From: a virus
Lineage: Duplodnaviria > Caudoviricetes
Strand: one strand, 5' to 3'
Length of the DNA stretch: 64,000 nt
Virus record (IMG/VR): IMGVR_UViG_3300032007_000055
Location: 1-64,000 of that record
Both the position numbers and the translations under genes were made by a program. Of the stretch, positions 18,512-27,021 are shown in pieces (position 1 is the stretch's first letter; each line of letters opens with the position of its first letter). A model generated the notes under the pieces. That model was not told the DNA's origin. It did not search any database and saw only the letters and a program-made list of their open reading frames with translations.

Positions 18512-19126
18512 TTATTTTTTAACAACAACGATGTTGTTATCGCGAATGTAATCATCCATGAGTTTTCGACATTCGATGTCGACTCGTTCATTTCCTTCTT
18601 CTCCGGAATGCCCTTGTACTTTCTCATAGAAGATTTTACGCTGCTGGTTTAAAGCCTTTAACTCTTTCCATAAATCGAGATTTTTAATCTCACTCTCATT
18701 TCCTTGAGCGTCTTTCTTCACCCATCCATTGGCTTCCCATTTCTTAGACCAGAAAAGTATTCCAAAACGAACATAATCAGAATCCAATACAATAGTACAC
18801 CATTTGTCTTTGGGGATACCCAATTTATCGAGATATTTTATGGCATTGATGACAGCTGTAAGCTCCATCATATTGTTTGTGGCGTTATCTGCAGCTTCGC
18901 CGTAAATTTCATTGGAAGTTTGGTCATAAAATGCCCAAGCTCCAATGTATCGTTTTTGTTTTTCAGTTTGGAGAATCCTTGAACCCCCATCGGTGTAAAT
19001 TCGTTTTACACACTCCGGAGGTTTAAACATTCTCTTCGGTTTGTCAAAGTCGCTTTTAGAATCGGATTCTTTGAATTCGGAAGGAGACCATTGAATTTCT
19101 CCTTCCGAATATTCAACTTCTTTCAT
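18512..19126 (-). CDS. rnhA: Ribonuclease HI
   Basis: IYTDGGS, TNNMMEL, DSDYV, WEANGW, KNLDLW, KVQGHSG..GNERVD: full RNase HI signature. Confidence 0.95.
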   Translation of the reverse strand: MKEVEYSEGEIQWSPSEFKESDSKSDFDKPKRMFKPPECVKRIYTDGGSRILQTEKQKRYIGAWAFYDQTSNEIYGEAADNATNNMMELTAVINAIKYLDKLGIPKDKWCTIVLDSDYVRFGILFWSKKWEANGWVKKDAQGNESEIKNLDLWKELKALNQQRKIFYEKVQGHSGEEGNERVDIECRKLMDDYIRDNNIVVVKK

Positions 19127-19237
19127 CTGTTTTGTAGCGTTCCTCAGGCTTTGTTTCAGTTGTCTTTTTCATTCCGGACGCTATTTTATCAGAATCCGGA
19201 ATTCCAAATATCGATTTAATTATCGATATCAACAACT

Positions 19238-19747
19238 TCATTTCTTGCCACCCTTACCCTTCGCAGGAAGCGGTTTCTTTTTTGTGTCTGAGGATGAGGA
19301 CGACTTTGACTTGCTTGGCATTTTGTCGATCTTGTTGATAAGCTTCGAAGCAGTGTAGCCAATTGCACGACCGAAACTTACTGAAAGCGACATTGTGCAG
19401 AAAGTATCGATCCAAGTGTCAACATCTGCTACGGTGTGACCAAGAGCTTTCCAATAATGCTTTCCCATCTTTGCCTTCACACGTTTGTTAACCGCTTTGA
19501 GTTTAAGTGTGAGTTCGGCTTTTTGCTTCTTGGTCAGCCAGCGATTTTTGAACTTCATGGCGATAGAATGGATTTCGTTGAGGTCAGCTTCGATAGATTT
19601 ATCGCAATTCATATTGACCTTGATGTATTTTTCAATACGATTGCAAATTTTGTTACCAAGGTCATATCCAAGATATCCACCAATTGCACAAGAAGAAGTA
19701 TAAGCAACTCCTTTCACAACGCCTTTCAAAACTGTTTTCTTGTCCAT
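19238..19747 (-). CDS. Putative membrane-associated protein (1 of 3 tandem look-alikes)
   Basis: Gly-rich hydrophobic helix, charged helix, second Gly-rich helix; GGAGG SD. Confidence 0.7.
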   Translation of the reverse strand: MDKKTVLKGVVKGVAYTSSCAIGGYLGYDLGNKICNRIEKYIKVNMNCDKSIEADLNEIHSIAMKFKNRWLTKKQKAELTLKLKAVNKRVKAKMGKHYWKALGHTVADVDTWIDTFCTMSLSVSFGRAIGYTASKLINKIDKMPSKSKSSSSSDTKKKPLPAKGKGGKK

Positions 19748-19758
19748 AATTTTCCTCC

Positions 19759-20181
19759 TTATTTGCTGGACTTTTCAGATTTTTTGATATTTTCGATAAC
19801 ACGGTTAGCAAGCTCTTGCGTACCAGATGAAATTGCTCCAGCGATAACACCACGACCGAAGCATGTCAAACCATAAATGACACGCGCTCCAATTTTGTGA
19901 GCTTTTTCATGTTTCTTGATTTTTTCGGCGAGTTGATCCATGATGTTCTGCTCGTCTTCCGAAAGCGGCTTAATCTTTGACATATGTTCCCAATGAGCAT
20001 ATTCTTTCTTCAGTATTTCGAATTTTGAATCGTATCGAGCAACACGGTTCTTCATTTCGTCGGTAGACGGATCGAGGTAGCAGCTACCAAATGCCCAGCC
20101 GTAAATACCAACTTGACAAACCCCGTTCCAAAATTTGATTGCTCGAATTTTATTTTGAGCATCGCTTTTCTTTTCAGCCAT
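19759..20181 (-). CDS. Putative membrane-associated protein (2 of 3); start refined to MAEKK
   Basis: AGGAGG SD before 20181; same architecture. Confidence 0.7.
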   Translation of the reverse strand: MAEKKSDAQNKIRAIKFWNGVCQVGIYGWAFGSCYLDPSTDEMKNRVARYDSKFEILKKEYAHWEHMSKIKPLSEDEQNIMDQLAEKIKKHEKAHKIGARVIYGLTCFGRGVIAGAISSGTQELANRVIENIKKSEKSSK

Positions 20182-20182
20182 T

Positions 20183-20587
20183 TTATTCCTCCTTTGTGGC
20201 TTTATTATCTTTAGGTTCAGATAATTTGTCCAAACCTTTACATAATCCATAAGATGCAACGCCTGTCAACCAACACTTTCCACCAGTCATCACACGTCCG
20301 AGTATTGTGTATCGTCTGTCTGTAGATTCAACTTTCTTTTTCATCTCCAACATTCGATCAACATCCTCTTCAGAAAGCGATGATTCTGATGGTGTTTTGT
20401 GTTTTAGTACAAGCGTAACATATTCTTCACGCATAGCAAGATATTTTTTATCTTTACGCACAAAGAATGATTTATCTTTTTCTGTTCTCAATGTGAACCA
20501 AGACATTAAACCAAGTGAAGCCAACCCAATGACTCCTTGGCCAATTCTTGCAGTTCGCTTTGAAATTAATGGATCTTTTTTATCCAT
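20183..20587 (-). CDS. Putative membrane-associated protein (3 of 3); start refined to MDKKD
   Basis: GGAGG SD before 20587, early motif at 20607-20617; same architecture. Confidence 0.7.
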   Translation of the reverse strand: MDKKDPLISKRTARIGQGVIGLASLGLMSWFTLRTEKDKSFFVRKDKKYLAMREEYVTLVLKHKTPSESSLSEEDVDRMLEMKKKVESTDRRYTILGRVMTGGKCWLTGVASYGLCKGLDKLSEPKDNKATKEE

Positions 20588-20606
20588 ATGTGATACCTCC
20601 ATTATT

Positions 20607-20617
20607 ATAATATGTAA
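20607..20617 (-). promoter_or_regulatory. Putative early promoter TTACATATTAT
   Basis: Recurrent TTA(C/T)ATATTAT motif just upstream of SD. Confidence 0.6.
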
Positions 20618-20618
20618 C

Positions 20619-21179
20619 CTATTCAGTTTCTTCTTCAGATTCAAAACCCAATTGGTCAGAATTAATTTTCTGAATTTTCTTTTCAATATCGGGGTCCGAA
20701 GGTTTCTCCAAATCATCACTGAACACGATTATCTTGTATTTCAATCCTAACTTTTCAAGAATAGTTCTGAAACGACCGATGGACAACTGACCATTAGGCG
20801 ACTTTTCTATTGCACGGCGCATGTTGTTCATATCACTATCGTTGTCGAACAAACTTCTGAACATTGTTTTTGTAAAACCTTTTAACAATTCCTTTACTAT
20901 GATTAACGGGGCATCGTCACCAGGATGTACTTCCAAATCCAATTCGTCGGATTCATCAGCAATCTTCACGGGCTTTTCGATTGTTTTGAGTCGATTCAAT
21001 TTGTTTAAATCCACTCTACGGATATACAAGTATTCGTCAATAACATAGAGACAATTCGTGTTTGGAACTTCTTTCATTGTTTTGACTTTTCCTATATATT
21101 TATAACATCCGATGTCTAATCTCAAGTAATCATTTTTGCTTATTACTATATCGTTTGTCTCTGGTATGTATTCAACCAT
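20619..21179 (-). CDS. Hypothetical protein with possible C-terminal HTH domain
   Basis: MNNMRRAIEKSPNGQLSIGRFRTILEKLGLKY resembles a Cro/XRE-like helix bundle. Confidence 0.45.
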   Translation of the reverse strand: MVEYIPETNDIVISKNDYLRLDIGCYKYIGKVKTMKEVPNTNCLYVIDEYLYIRRVDLNKLNRLKTIEKPVKIADESDELDLEVHPGDDAPLIIVKELLKGFTKTMFRSLFDNDSDMNNMRRAIEKSPNGQLSIGRFRTILEKLGLKYKIIVFSDDLEKPSDPDIEKKIQKINSDQLGFESEEETE

Positions 21180-21182
21180 TTC

Positions 21183-21854
21183 TTAATTAGACCTCCTTTC
21201 TAATAGTTCAGTTAATATGTGATGATTAATTAATTCCAAACTCGACTTGTACAAGTCATTCAATACTGAAAGTAAAACTGAACAAAATGATTTGTATTCT
21301 GTTATTGTACAACAACCAATAGTTCCAGTCAACGTTTTCAAAACAATTCCTGGATAACCCATTCTTGTCTTGAAATCATTTATAACTGCTGGTTGTATTG
21401 TTAAATAGCTCCGCTTCATTCCAATTCTCGGATACATTATTGCATGCAAACTTCTGTATTTATCCGAAATCTTATATGGATTTTTGTTTTCATATTCAAA
21501 TAAATTATTTTTAATTTCTGAATCTTCAAACCAATTTAAAGATTCTCTTACAACCCTTTTAACTTCCCCAATATCTTCATATGATAGATAAACATTATTT
21601 TTGACTTTTGGTGAATCTTTATTTTCAAAGTCCACAGTTTCAATGATTATCATATCATTCGTTGTTCTGAAGCTAAATGACGGGAAGCCTATCACACCAC
21701 CTTTACTTCGTTTTGAAGTGAATTCGTGTTTGTATGGCTTATTTTTATTGGTTTTTGGGTCATTTGAGTACAAAACTACACGATGTTTGATACTTATTGA
21801 CCCAAAATAACCTATGTTTTTGTAAATACTGTCGATACAATCGATTTTACCCAT
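21183..21854 (-). CDS. Hypothetical protein
   Basis: 223 aa ORF in helicase operon. Confidence 0.75.
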   Translation of the reverse strand: MGKIDCIDSIYKNIGYFGSISIKHRVVLYSNDPKTNKNKPYKHEFTSKRSKGGVIGFPSFSFRTTNDMIIIETVDFENKDSPKVKNNVYLSYEDIGEVKRVVRESLNWFEDSEIKNNLFEYENKNPYKISDKYRSLHAIMYPRIGMKRSYLTIQPAVINDFKTRMGYPGIVLKTLTGTIGCCTITEYKSFCSVLLSVLNDLYKSSLELINHHILTELLERRSN

Positions 21855-21874
21855 AACTCATTTCCACCGCTTTT

Positions 21875-23431
21875 TTACAATATATTATTTAAATAATTGT
21901 TGACCTCTTCATAAGTTACTTCCTTACGATTTATCTGCTTAGATTTTATCTTAAGAGTTTGCATTCTCATGAATCTTTGTCTATCCATAGATTTGAATCC
22001 GAGATCCACAAAGTCATAATAATACAATTCTACTCCTTCGATGAAACGCAAGCGTCCAATCATCTGTGATGCAGTGATGTTAGAAGAATAAGGAACTAAG
22101 CATAATACAGCTTTAAGGTTTTCCAAATCCAAACCAACTCCACCGCTCTGAACAGTTGTAAATATCAAACGATTGCGTAATTGACCAAGTCGCTCTTTCT
22201 TTTTACCACTAGCAGTAGTATAATTACCAATATTCAAAGATTTGTTTTCTTTTTCGTACAGAGCTTCAAGCTGTTGTTTAAAAACTGTTATGTGCTCAAG
22301 TTTTGCAAGGTACACTAGGATTTTATAGTCACTATCTTCATCCAATAACGGATCAAGGAGCATCTTTGTTAATCCAAGCATATACATTTGCTTATTAGGA
22401 TTGGAGAATATGTAGTTCCAATAAAGAACTGCTGACAAACCCTTCGATGTATAGCATCCAGCTTTTTCTTCTTCAGAAGGATATGTATTGTAATCTACCA
22501 ATCTCAAATTAGCATAATTATTAACACTTATTGTTTTCGTACCATAGACACAAATGTCTTTGGTCATTTTATCAAAAACACGTTTCTCATTTCGAGTAGT
22601 TCTCGATGGTGTAGCTGTAAGTCTCCAAATGTTTTGAACTTGAACATCGGATTCAATGTTTACATTCTGTGCCCAGTTCATATGATATTCGTCAAAACAT
22701 AGAATACCAATACCTAAATGGTCGAATAAAGGATTCAGTGTTCCGTATTTTTCTATATAGGATGACAATGTTGCTGATGTAGAAATAATAAAAGCATACT
22801 TGATGTTTTCTCTTCGCTTGTTAAGTAACATGTGTAGATTATCTACACCTTTGCGAATAATTACACCATGATTTTCTTTTGTGCAATCTGTGTATTCTTC
22901 GATTTTGTCTAACCATTGATCACACAATGTTTCTGAAACAATAAACATTGGCTGTTTTAACTTATATGCTCCAAAAATACTACAGATAGTTTTACCAATA
23001 CCTGTAGACAATGCAAGAAGTTTATTATAACCAAGTTTATCAGAAATCAAGAAATCCACGGCTTCGACTTGAAATTGATTTCTTAAATTGTATTCTTCAG
23101 ACAAAGTGTAATTTACAACCCGTGGAGTTATAACTTTGTCAGTCATATCAACAATCTTGTAAATCACATTATTTTCGTAAAGTTTTTCAGTTATTGCTTC
23201 TAACGTAAAACCTACTGGAAGAGTCAATGTTTTATTTTTCTTGTTGTATCTATGCAAAAAATCTTTTTTGTTTACATGACCACGAAACTCTTCAAAAACA
23301 TGATACATATTATCCAATTTAGGACAAGTGCCTTCGACAGTTCGAGTTTCTTTATTCCAACGAGATTTATAATACGGAAACAGTTTAAAACAACTATGGT
23401 ATTTATAGATTGTTACGTTCTTATCATCCAT
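21875..23431 (-). CDS. SF2 DExH helicase (UvsW-like)
   Basis: Q motif LRNQFQ, Walker A LSTGIGKT, FDEYH, LTATP, GVGLDL, QMIGRLR. Confidence 0.9.
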   Translation of the reverse strand: MDDKNVTIYKYHSCFKLFPYYKSRWNKETRTVEGTCPKLDNMYHVFEEFRGHVNKKDFLHRYNKKNKTLTLPVGFTLEAITEKLYENNVIYKIVDMTDKVITPRVVNYTLSEEYNLRNQFQVEAVDFLISDKLGYNKLLALSTGIGKTICSIFGAYKLKQPMFIVSETLCDQWLDKIEEYTDCTKENHGVIIRKGVDNLHMLLNKRRENIKYAFIISTSATLSSYIEKYGTLNPLFDHLGIGILCFDEYHMNWAQNVNIESDVQVQNIWRLTATPSRTTRNEKRVFDKMTKDICVYGTKTISVNNYANLRLVDYNTYPSEEEKAGCYTSKGLSAVLYWNYIFSNPNKQMYMLGLTKMLLDPLLDEDSDYKILVYLAKLEHITVFKQQLEALYEKENKSLNIGNYTTASGKKKERLGQLRNRLIFTTVQSGGVGLDLENLKAVLCLVPYSSNITASQMIGRLRFIEGVELYYYDFVDLGFKSMDRQRFMRMQTLKIKSKQINRKEVTYEEVNNYLNNIL

Positions 23432-23433
23432 GG

Positions 23434-24003
23434 TTATTTATCACCTTTGTAGCCAACGACGTACCCAAACAAATTCAAAGTTGTATAAATTTCGTTGTCT
23501 TTTGTACGAGTTATCATTACTGAACCAGGACGTAAACGCAATGTGACAGATTCATAGTCATAGCCAAATTTATGAACTTTCCAATATTTTGGCAAACATT
23601 GTCGTTTGGCAACATTGACGTTTTTAAAGAACTTATTGCGGAGTGAATCATATACATCTCTGCTCAATTGACGCACATCATCTTCTCGACGCACGATACC
23701 TGATAACCATTCAGTTTGTACTTTGCTTTTAATATGAGGTTGCATCATATAAATGAATTGATCGATGTTATCGTATCTATTATCTATCCAGACTGCCGCA
23801 GTACTTTGAAATTTATATTGTGGAAACGTGTCATCAAAATTTTTCACAATTTTAAACGTATATCGATTATCTTTTAAATATTTGTAATTTTTCGTGGTAA
23901 GTAGATTTGTAATGACTTTTAAAAATTCATTAGCAAGTTTATCGACTAGGCGATTATAAATTTGCTGTTTTTCTTTTTCGCTTTTAAATACACGTGTTCC
24001 CAT
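23434..24003 (-). CDS. Hypothetical protein (paralog of 24018-24533)
   Basis: IYNRLVDKLANEFLKVI vs IYRLVANIMADEFIKYI. Confidence 0.7.
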   Translation of the reverse strand: MGTRVFKSEKEKQQIYNRLVDKLANEFLKVITNLLTTKNYKYLKDNRYTFKIVKNFDDTFPQYKFQSTAAVWIDNRYDNIDQFIYMMQPHIKSKVQTEWLSGIVRREDDVRQLSRDVYDSLRNKFFKNVNVAKRQCLPKYWKVHKFGYDYESVTLRLRPGSVMITRTKDNEIYTTLNLFGYVVGYKGDK

Positions 24004-24017
24004 AGTAAACCTCCTAA

Positions 24018-24533
24018 TTATATGCGATTTCCATATATTCGAATAACCATTCGAATTTTGTTTTCGGAACGAATGTTTTGAAAATCTATTTCGCTAAACG
24101 TCATTAAAAATCGTTTCTTTTTATTTTTATCGTACTTCAATTTGAAAGTACAATCGTCATTTTCAAAATATTTATTTATTCGTTCTTTTAGAACTGAGTT
24201 AAAAATCTTTTTGAATGTTGAATCTGTAATGTCGACATAATCGTTCGGTTCGACATTAGCCATCAAATCGTAAACAGAATCGAAATCTTTCATAAGATAT
24301 ATGACCACGATTGATTTATCTACAGAACCAAATTTATGAATACAATAATCGACAGTACATTTCATATCTTTACGGTTAATAAAATTATTATGTTTTGAAA
24401 AATCAATAATATATTTGATAAACTCATCAGCCATTATATTTGCAACTAATCTATATATTACTTCATCGCCGTAGTTTTTGGACATTGAAGCGGCACCTTC
24501 TAATTCTTTCAACATGTTTTTCTTCTGTTTCAT
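24018..24533 (-). CDS. Hypothetical protein (paralog of 23434-24003)
   Basis: AGGAG SD; shared N-terminal helix. Confidence 0.7.
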   Translation of the reverse strand: MKQKKNMLKELEGAASMSKNYGDEVIYRLVANIMADEFIKYIIDFSKHNNFINRKDMKCTVDYCIHKFGSVDKSIVVIYLMKDFDSVYDLMANVEPNDYVDITDSTFKKIFNSVLKERINKYFENDDCTFKLKYDKNKKKRFLMTFSEIDFQNIRSENKIRMVIRIYGNRI

Positions 24534-24613
24534 AGTACTAAACTCCTTTTGAACGGGGCATTATAATTTCCCCCTGTACTATATAAATATATAAATATAA
24601 AAATAATAAATTA

Positions 24614-24642
24614 TAAAAGCAGGAGACGAACTCCTGCTTTTA
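24614..24642 (-). terminator. Intrinsic terminator
   Basis: AAAAGCAGGAG/CTCCTGCTTTT hairpin. Confidence 0.8.
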
Positions 24643-24644
24643 GT

Positions 24645-25991
24645 TTATTTCTTTCCTTCCATTTCGTTCCACTTAGCGATAATTTCTTTAATAACAGCTT
24701 TAATGTTGTCAGGGAATGTAATATAAGACGGTGTAGATCCAACCCAATAATTGTTATCGGGACCGTACCACACATCACTCAAAGAAACATCGAGTGTAGA
24801 CTTAGATTTCTGGAGTTTATTCTTAACAAAATTGTTCTTTACGAATTCACGTACATACTTGCGAAGCTTAGGAACAGCTGCGCTTTCGTCATATGTATAG
24901 CAACCATCTTCGTCTTCAGCATACATATCTGCAGCTGAGATTTCGAATCCTAATACACACGGAGCGAATAACACGATTTTATCATCGTCAACGTTAATGT
25001 TGCGACGAGCCATTTCGTAAGAAGCGTTAAGGACAGTAGTGTCATCGACATATTTCTTGAAGAAATCTGCAAAATATGGCAAAATATTTTCTTTGCCGAT
25101 AATCTTCTTCGCACCATCAGAATATTTTTTGCCCATTTCAATGAAATCTTTCTTAACATTCATCAAGAAATCATTGATTATTCCAATGTCTTTATTGCTC
25201 ACGCATTCTTTTATGAATTTCAAGAATTTTTTGCGTTCGACAACACCAACAATCACACAAATTATCCACCAAAGAATAGCTACAGCAATAGTAACACCGG
25301 TGACGATCGTTACTAAATCTTCTTTAGAGTTAGAATCTTTTGCAGGAATGTTTTCGACGATTCCATGTTCAGCAATATTATCGATGTTTGAAACTTGATC
25401 ACCATTCACAAGAGCATTCTCTTCAGCTGTGAATTCGCGAGTTTGCTTTACGTTCAATGTGAAGTATTCAAACTTGTTTCCACTTTCAGGAGCAACAGCA
25501 GAAGCAATATCAGCTTCAACCGTGAATCCATTCTGCTCAGTAGTTTCATTAAGCTTGTTTACAACCAAATCAACAATCGATTTGAAATCTTTTATGCGTT
25601 CTTCCATAGGAATATCATCATTGCTAAGACGTTCGCGACGATTATCGTTGATGTAACACTTGAAGCTTATCGGCAGATGATAAGTGATCTTGTCACCAAC
25701 CTTTACTGTGTTATCATGATTCTGAAGAAGAATCGATTTGAACAACCAAACACAATACTCTTCTTTTTCAGCATCTGTAAGTTTGTCAAGAAGGTCAAAC
25801 GGAGACGGAGTTACAAATTTGAGCAACAAGGGTGAAAATTGATCTGTAATCTTGACGGATCCCGTCATAGAATTACAGAAGTTACAATATTTCTCCCAAG
25901 GATCAGAATAGCATTTTACAATGGCTTCTGTGTTCTGCTCAACAAATTTCTCGAGAAAATCTTCTCTACTATTTATAATTTTGAATTGCAT
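24645..25991 (-). CDS. Probable virion (head) protein with internal hydrophobic helix
   Basis: 448 aa, late motif at 26013-26024, TM-like VTIVTGVTIAVAILWWIICVIVGVV after an acidic segment with AxE sites. Confidence 0.5.
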   Translation of the reverse strand: MQFKIINSREDFLEKFVEQNTEAIVKCYSDPWEKYCNFCNSMTGSVKITDQFSPLLLKFVTPSPFDLLDKLTDAEKEEYCVWLFKSILLQNHDNTVKVGDKITYHLPISFKCYINDNRRERLSNDDIPMEERIKDFKSIVDLVVNKLNETTEQNGFTVEADIASAVAPESGNKFEYFTLNVKQTREFTAEENALVNGDQVSNIDNIAEHGIVENIPAKDSNSKEDLVTIVTGVTIAVAILWWIICVIVGVVERKKFLKFIKECVSNKDIGIINDFLMNVKKDFIEMGKKYSDGAKKIIGKENILPYFADFFKKYVDDTTVLNASYEMARRNINVDDDKIVLFAPCVLGFEISAADMYAEDEDGCYTYDESAAVPKLRKYVREFVKNNFVKNKLQKSKSTLDVSLSDVWYGPDNNYWVGSTPSYITFPDNIKAVIKEIIAKWNEMEGKK

Positions 25992-26014
25992 AACATTACC
26001 TCAATTAAAGTATA

Positions 26015-26746
26015 TTATTTTGTCATGTGCAACCATTCGATATTTGTATAGATAATGTTATAAACACATATAAAATGCTTAAAAATATACTCAAAAACCT
26101 TGTTATAGAGATTCATAATGGTATTTGTTTCACCAAAAATCATTTCTTCATTGTTGAAAAGTTTTATAGAATTCTTGAGATCGTATACGTCATCAAAATA
26201 ATATCTCTTAAGAGTGTCAGGTTTAGCATTACCAATATCTTTCTTATCGATAAGAGTCAACGATTTATTGATGTGTATCCAACCACTATTGTGGATAAGT
26301 GTTTTCAATGTCATCACATCAGAACGAATATGCATCGATGTCCAACTATAATGGTTCAACATATCACGAATTTTACAAAATGTGTCATCCGTTATTTTTT
26401 TATCTTTGATTACTTCAAGCTTGCTGAATGTACTGCTAACGTAGTTTATATATTCATCGAATTGGAAAATCATATCTTTTAATAAAGACAATGTATTTTC
26501 TATATCTGGAAGTTTCAAGAACAATTGCTTAATTAAATTGAATTGCTTATGGAAATCGTTTTTGCTTATCTTACTAGAAGATCCAGTTCCAAACAATAAA
26601 GTTTTTATGATGCTGACTACATTGTCATCTATAAGATTCGGAGAAACTCCGTTTTCTTTCATCTTTGTTTTGAAAAATGTTTCGAATCTATCTCTGATAT
26701 TCGTGGATTTTGTCAGAATATCGTCGTATATATTTTTCTCTTTCAT
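26015..26746 (-). CDS. Hypothetical helical protein; start refined to MKEKN
   Basis: GGGGG SD before 26746. Confidence 0.7.
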   Translation of the reverse strand: MKEKNIYDDILTKSTNIRDRFETFFKTKMKENGVSPNLIDDNVVSIIKTLLFGTGSSSKISKNDFHKQFNLIKQLFLKLPDIENTLSLLKDMIFQFDEYINYVSSTFSKLEVIKDKKITDDTFCKIRDMLNHYSWTSMHIRSDVMTLKTLIHNSGWIHINKSLTLIDKKDIGNAKPDTLKRYYFDDVYDLKNSIKLFNNEEMIFGETNTIMNLYNKVFEYIFKHFICVYNIIYTNIEWLHMTK

Positions 26747-26814
26747 TAATATTCCCCCACAAAAAAAAAACAAAAAAGAGACGCAGTTGTTTTGAACAAC
26801 CACGTCTCTTTTAA

Positions 26815-26967
26815 TTACAAGTACGACGAATAATCGTTTACGTCGTAGATCTGTCCCGATTCAAATCCATCGGGGCATTCGTAGTCGGCGTCCACATGGG
26901 ACACATCCATGTTCGACACCGGTTCATCGAAATCAGTTATACGAAAATTCGTATTCTCTGTTTCCAT
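26815..26967 (-). CDS. 50-aa highly acidic early protein (not in ORF track)
   Basis: METENTNFRITDFDEPVSNMDVSHVDADYECPDGFESGQIYDVNDYSSYL; AGGAGG SD, early motif 26988-26998, terminator downstream. Confidence 0.8.
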   Translation of the reverse strand: METENTNFRITDFDEPVSNMDVSHVDADYECPDGFESGQIYDVNDYSSYL

Positions 26968-27021
26968 AGTTTCCTCCTGTCATGATTATAATATGTAATC
27001 ACGATAAGAAGGTTAAATAAC

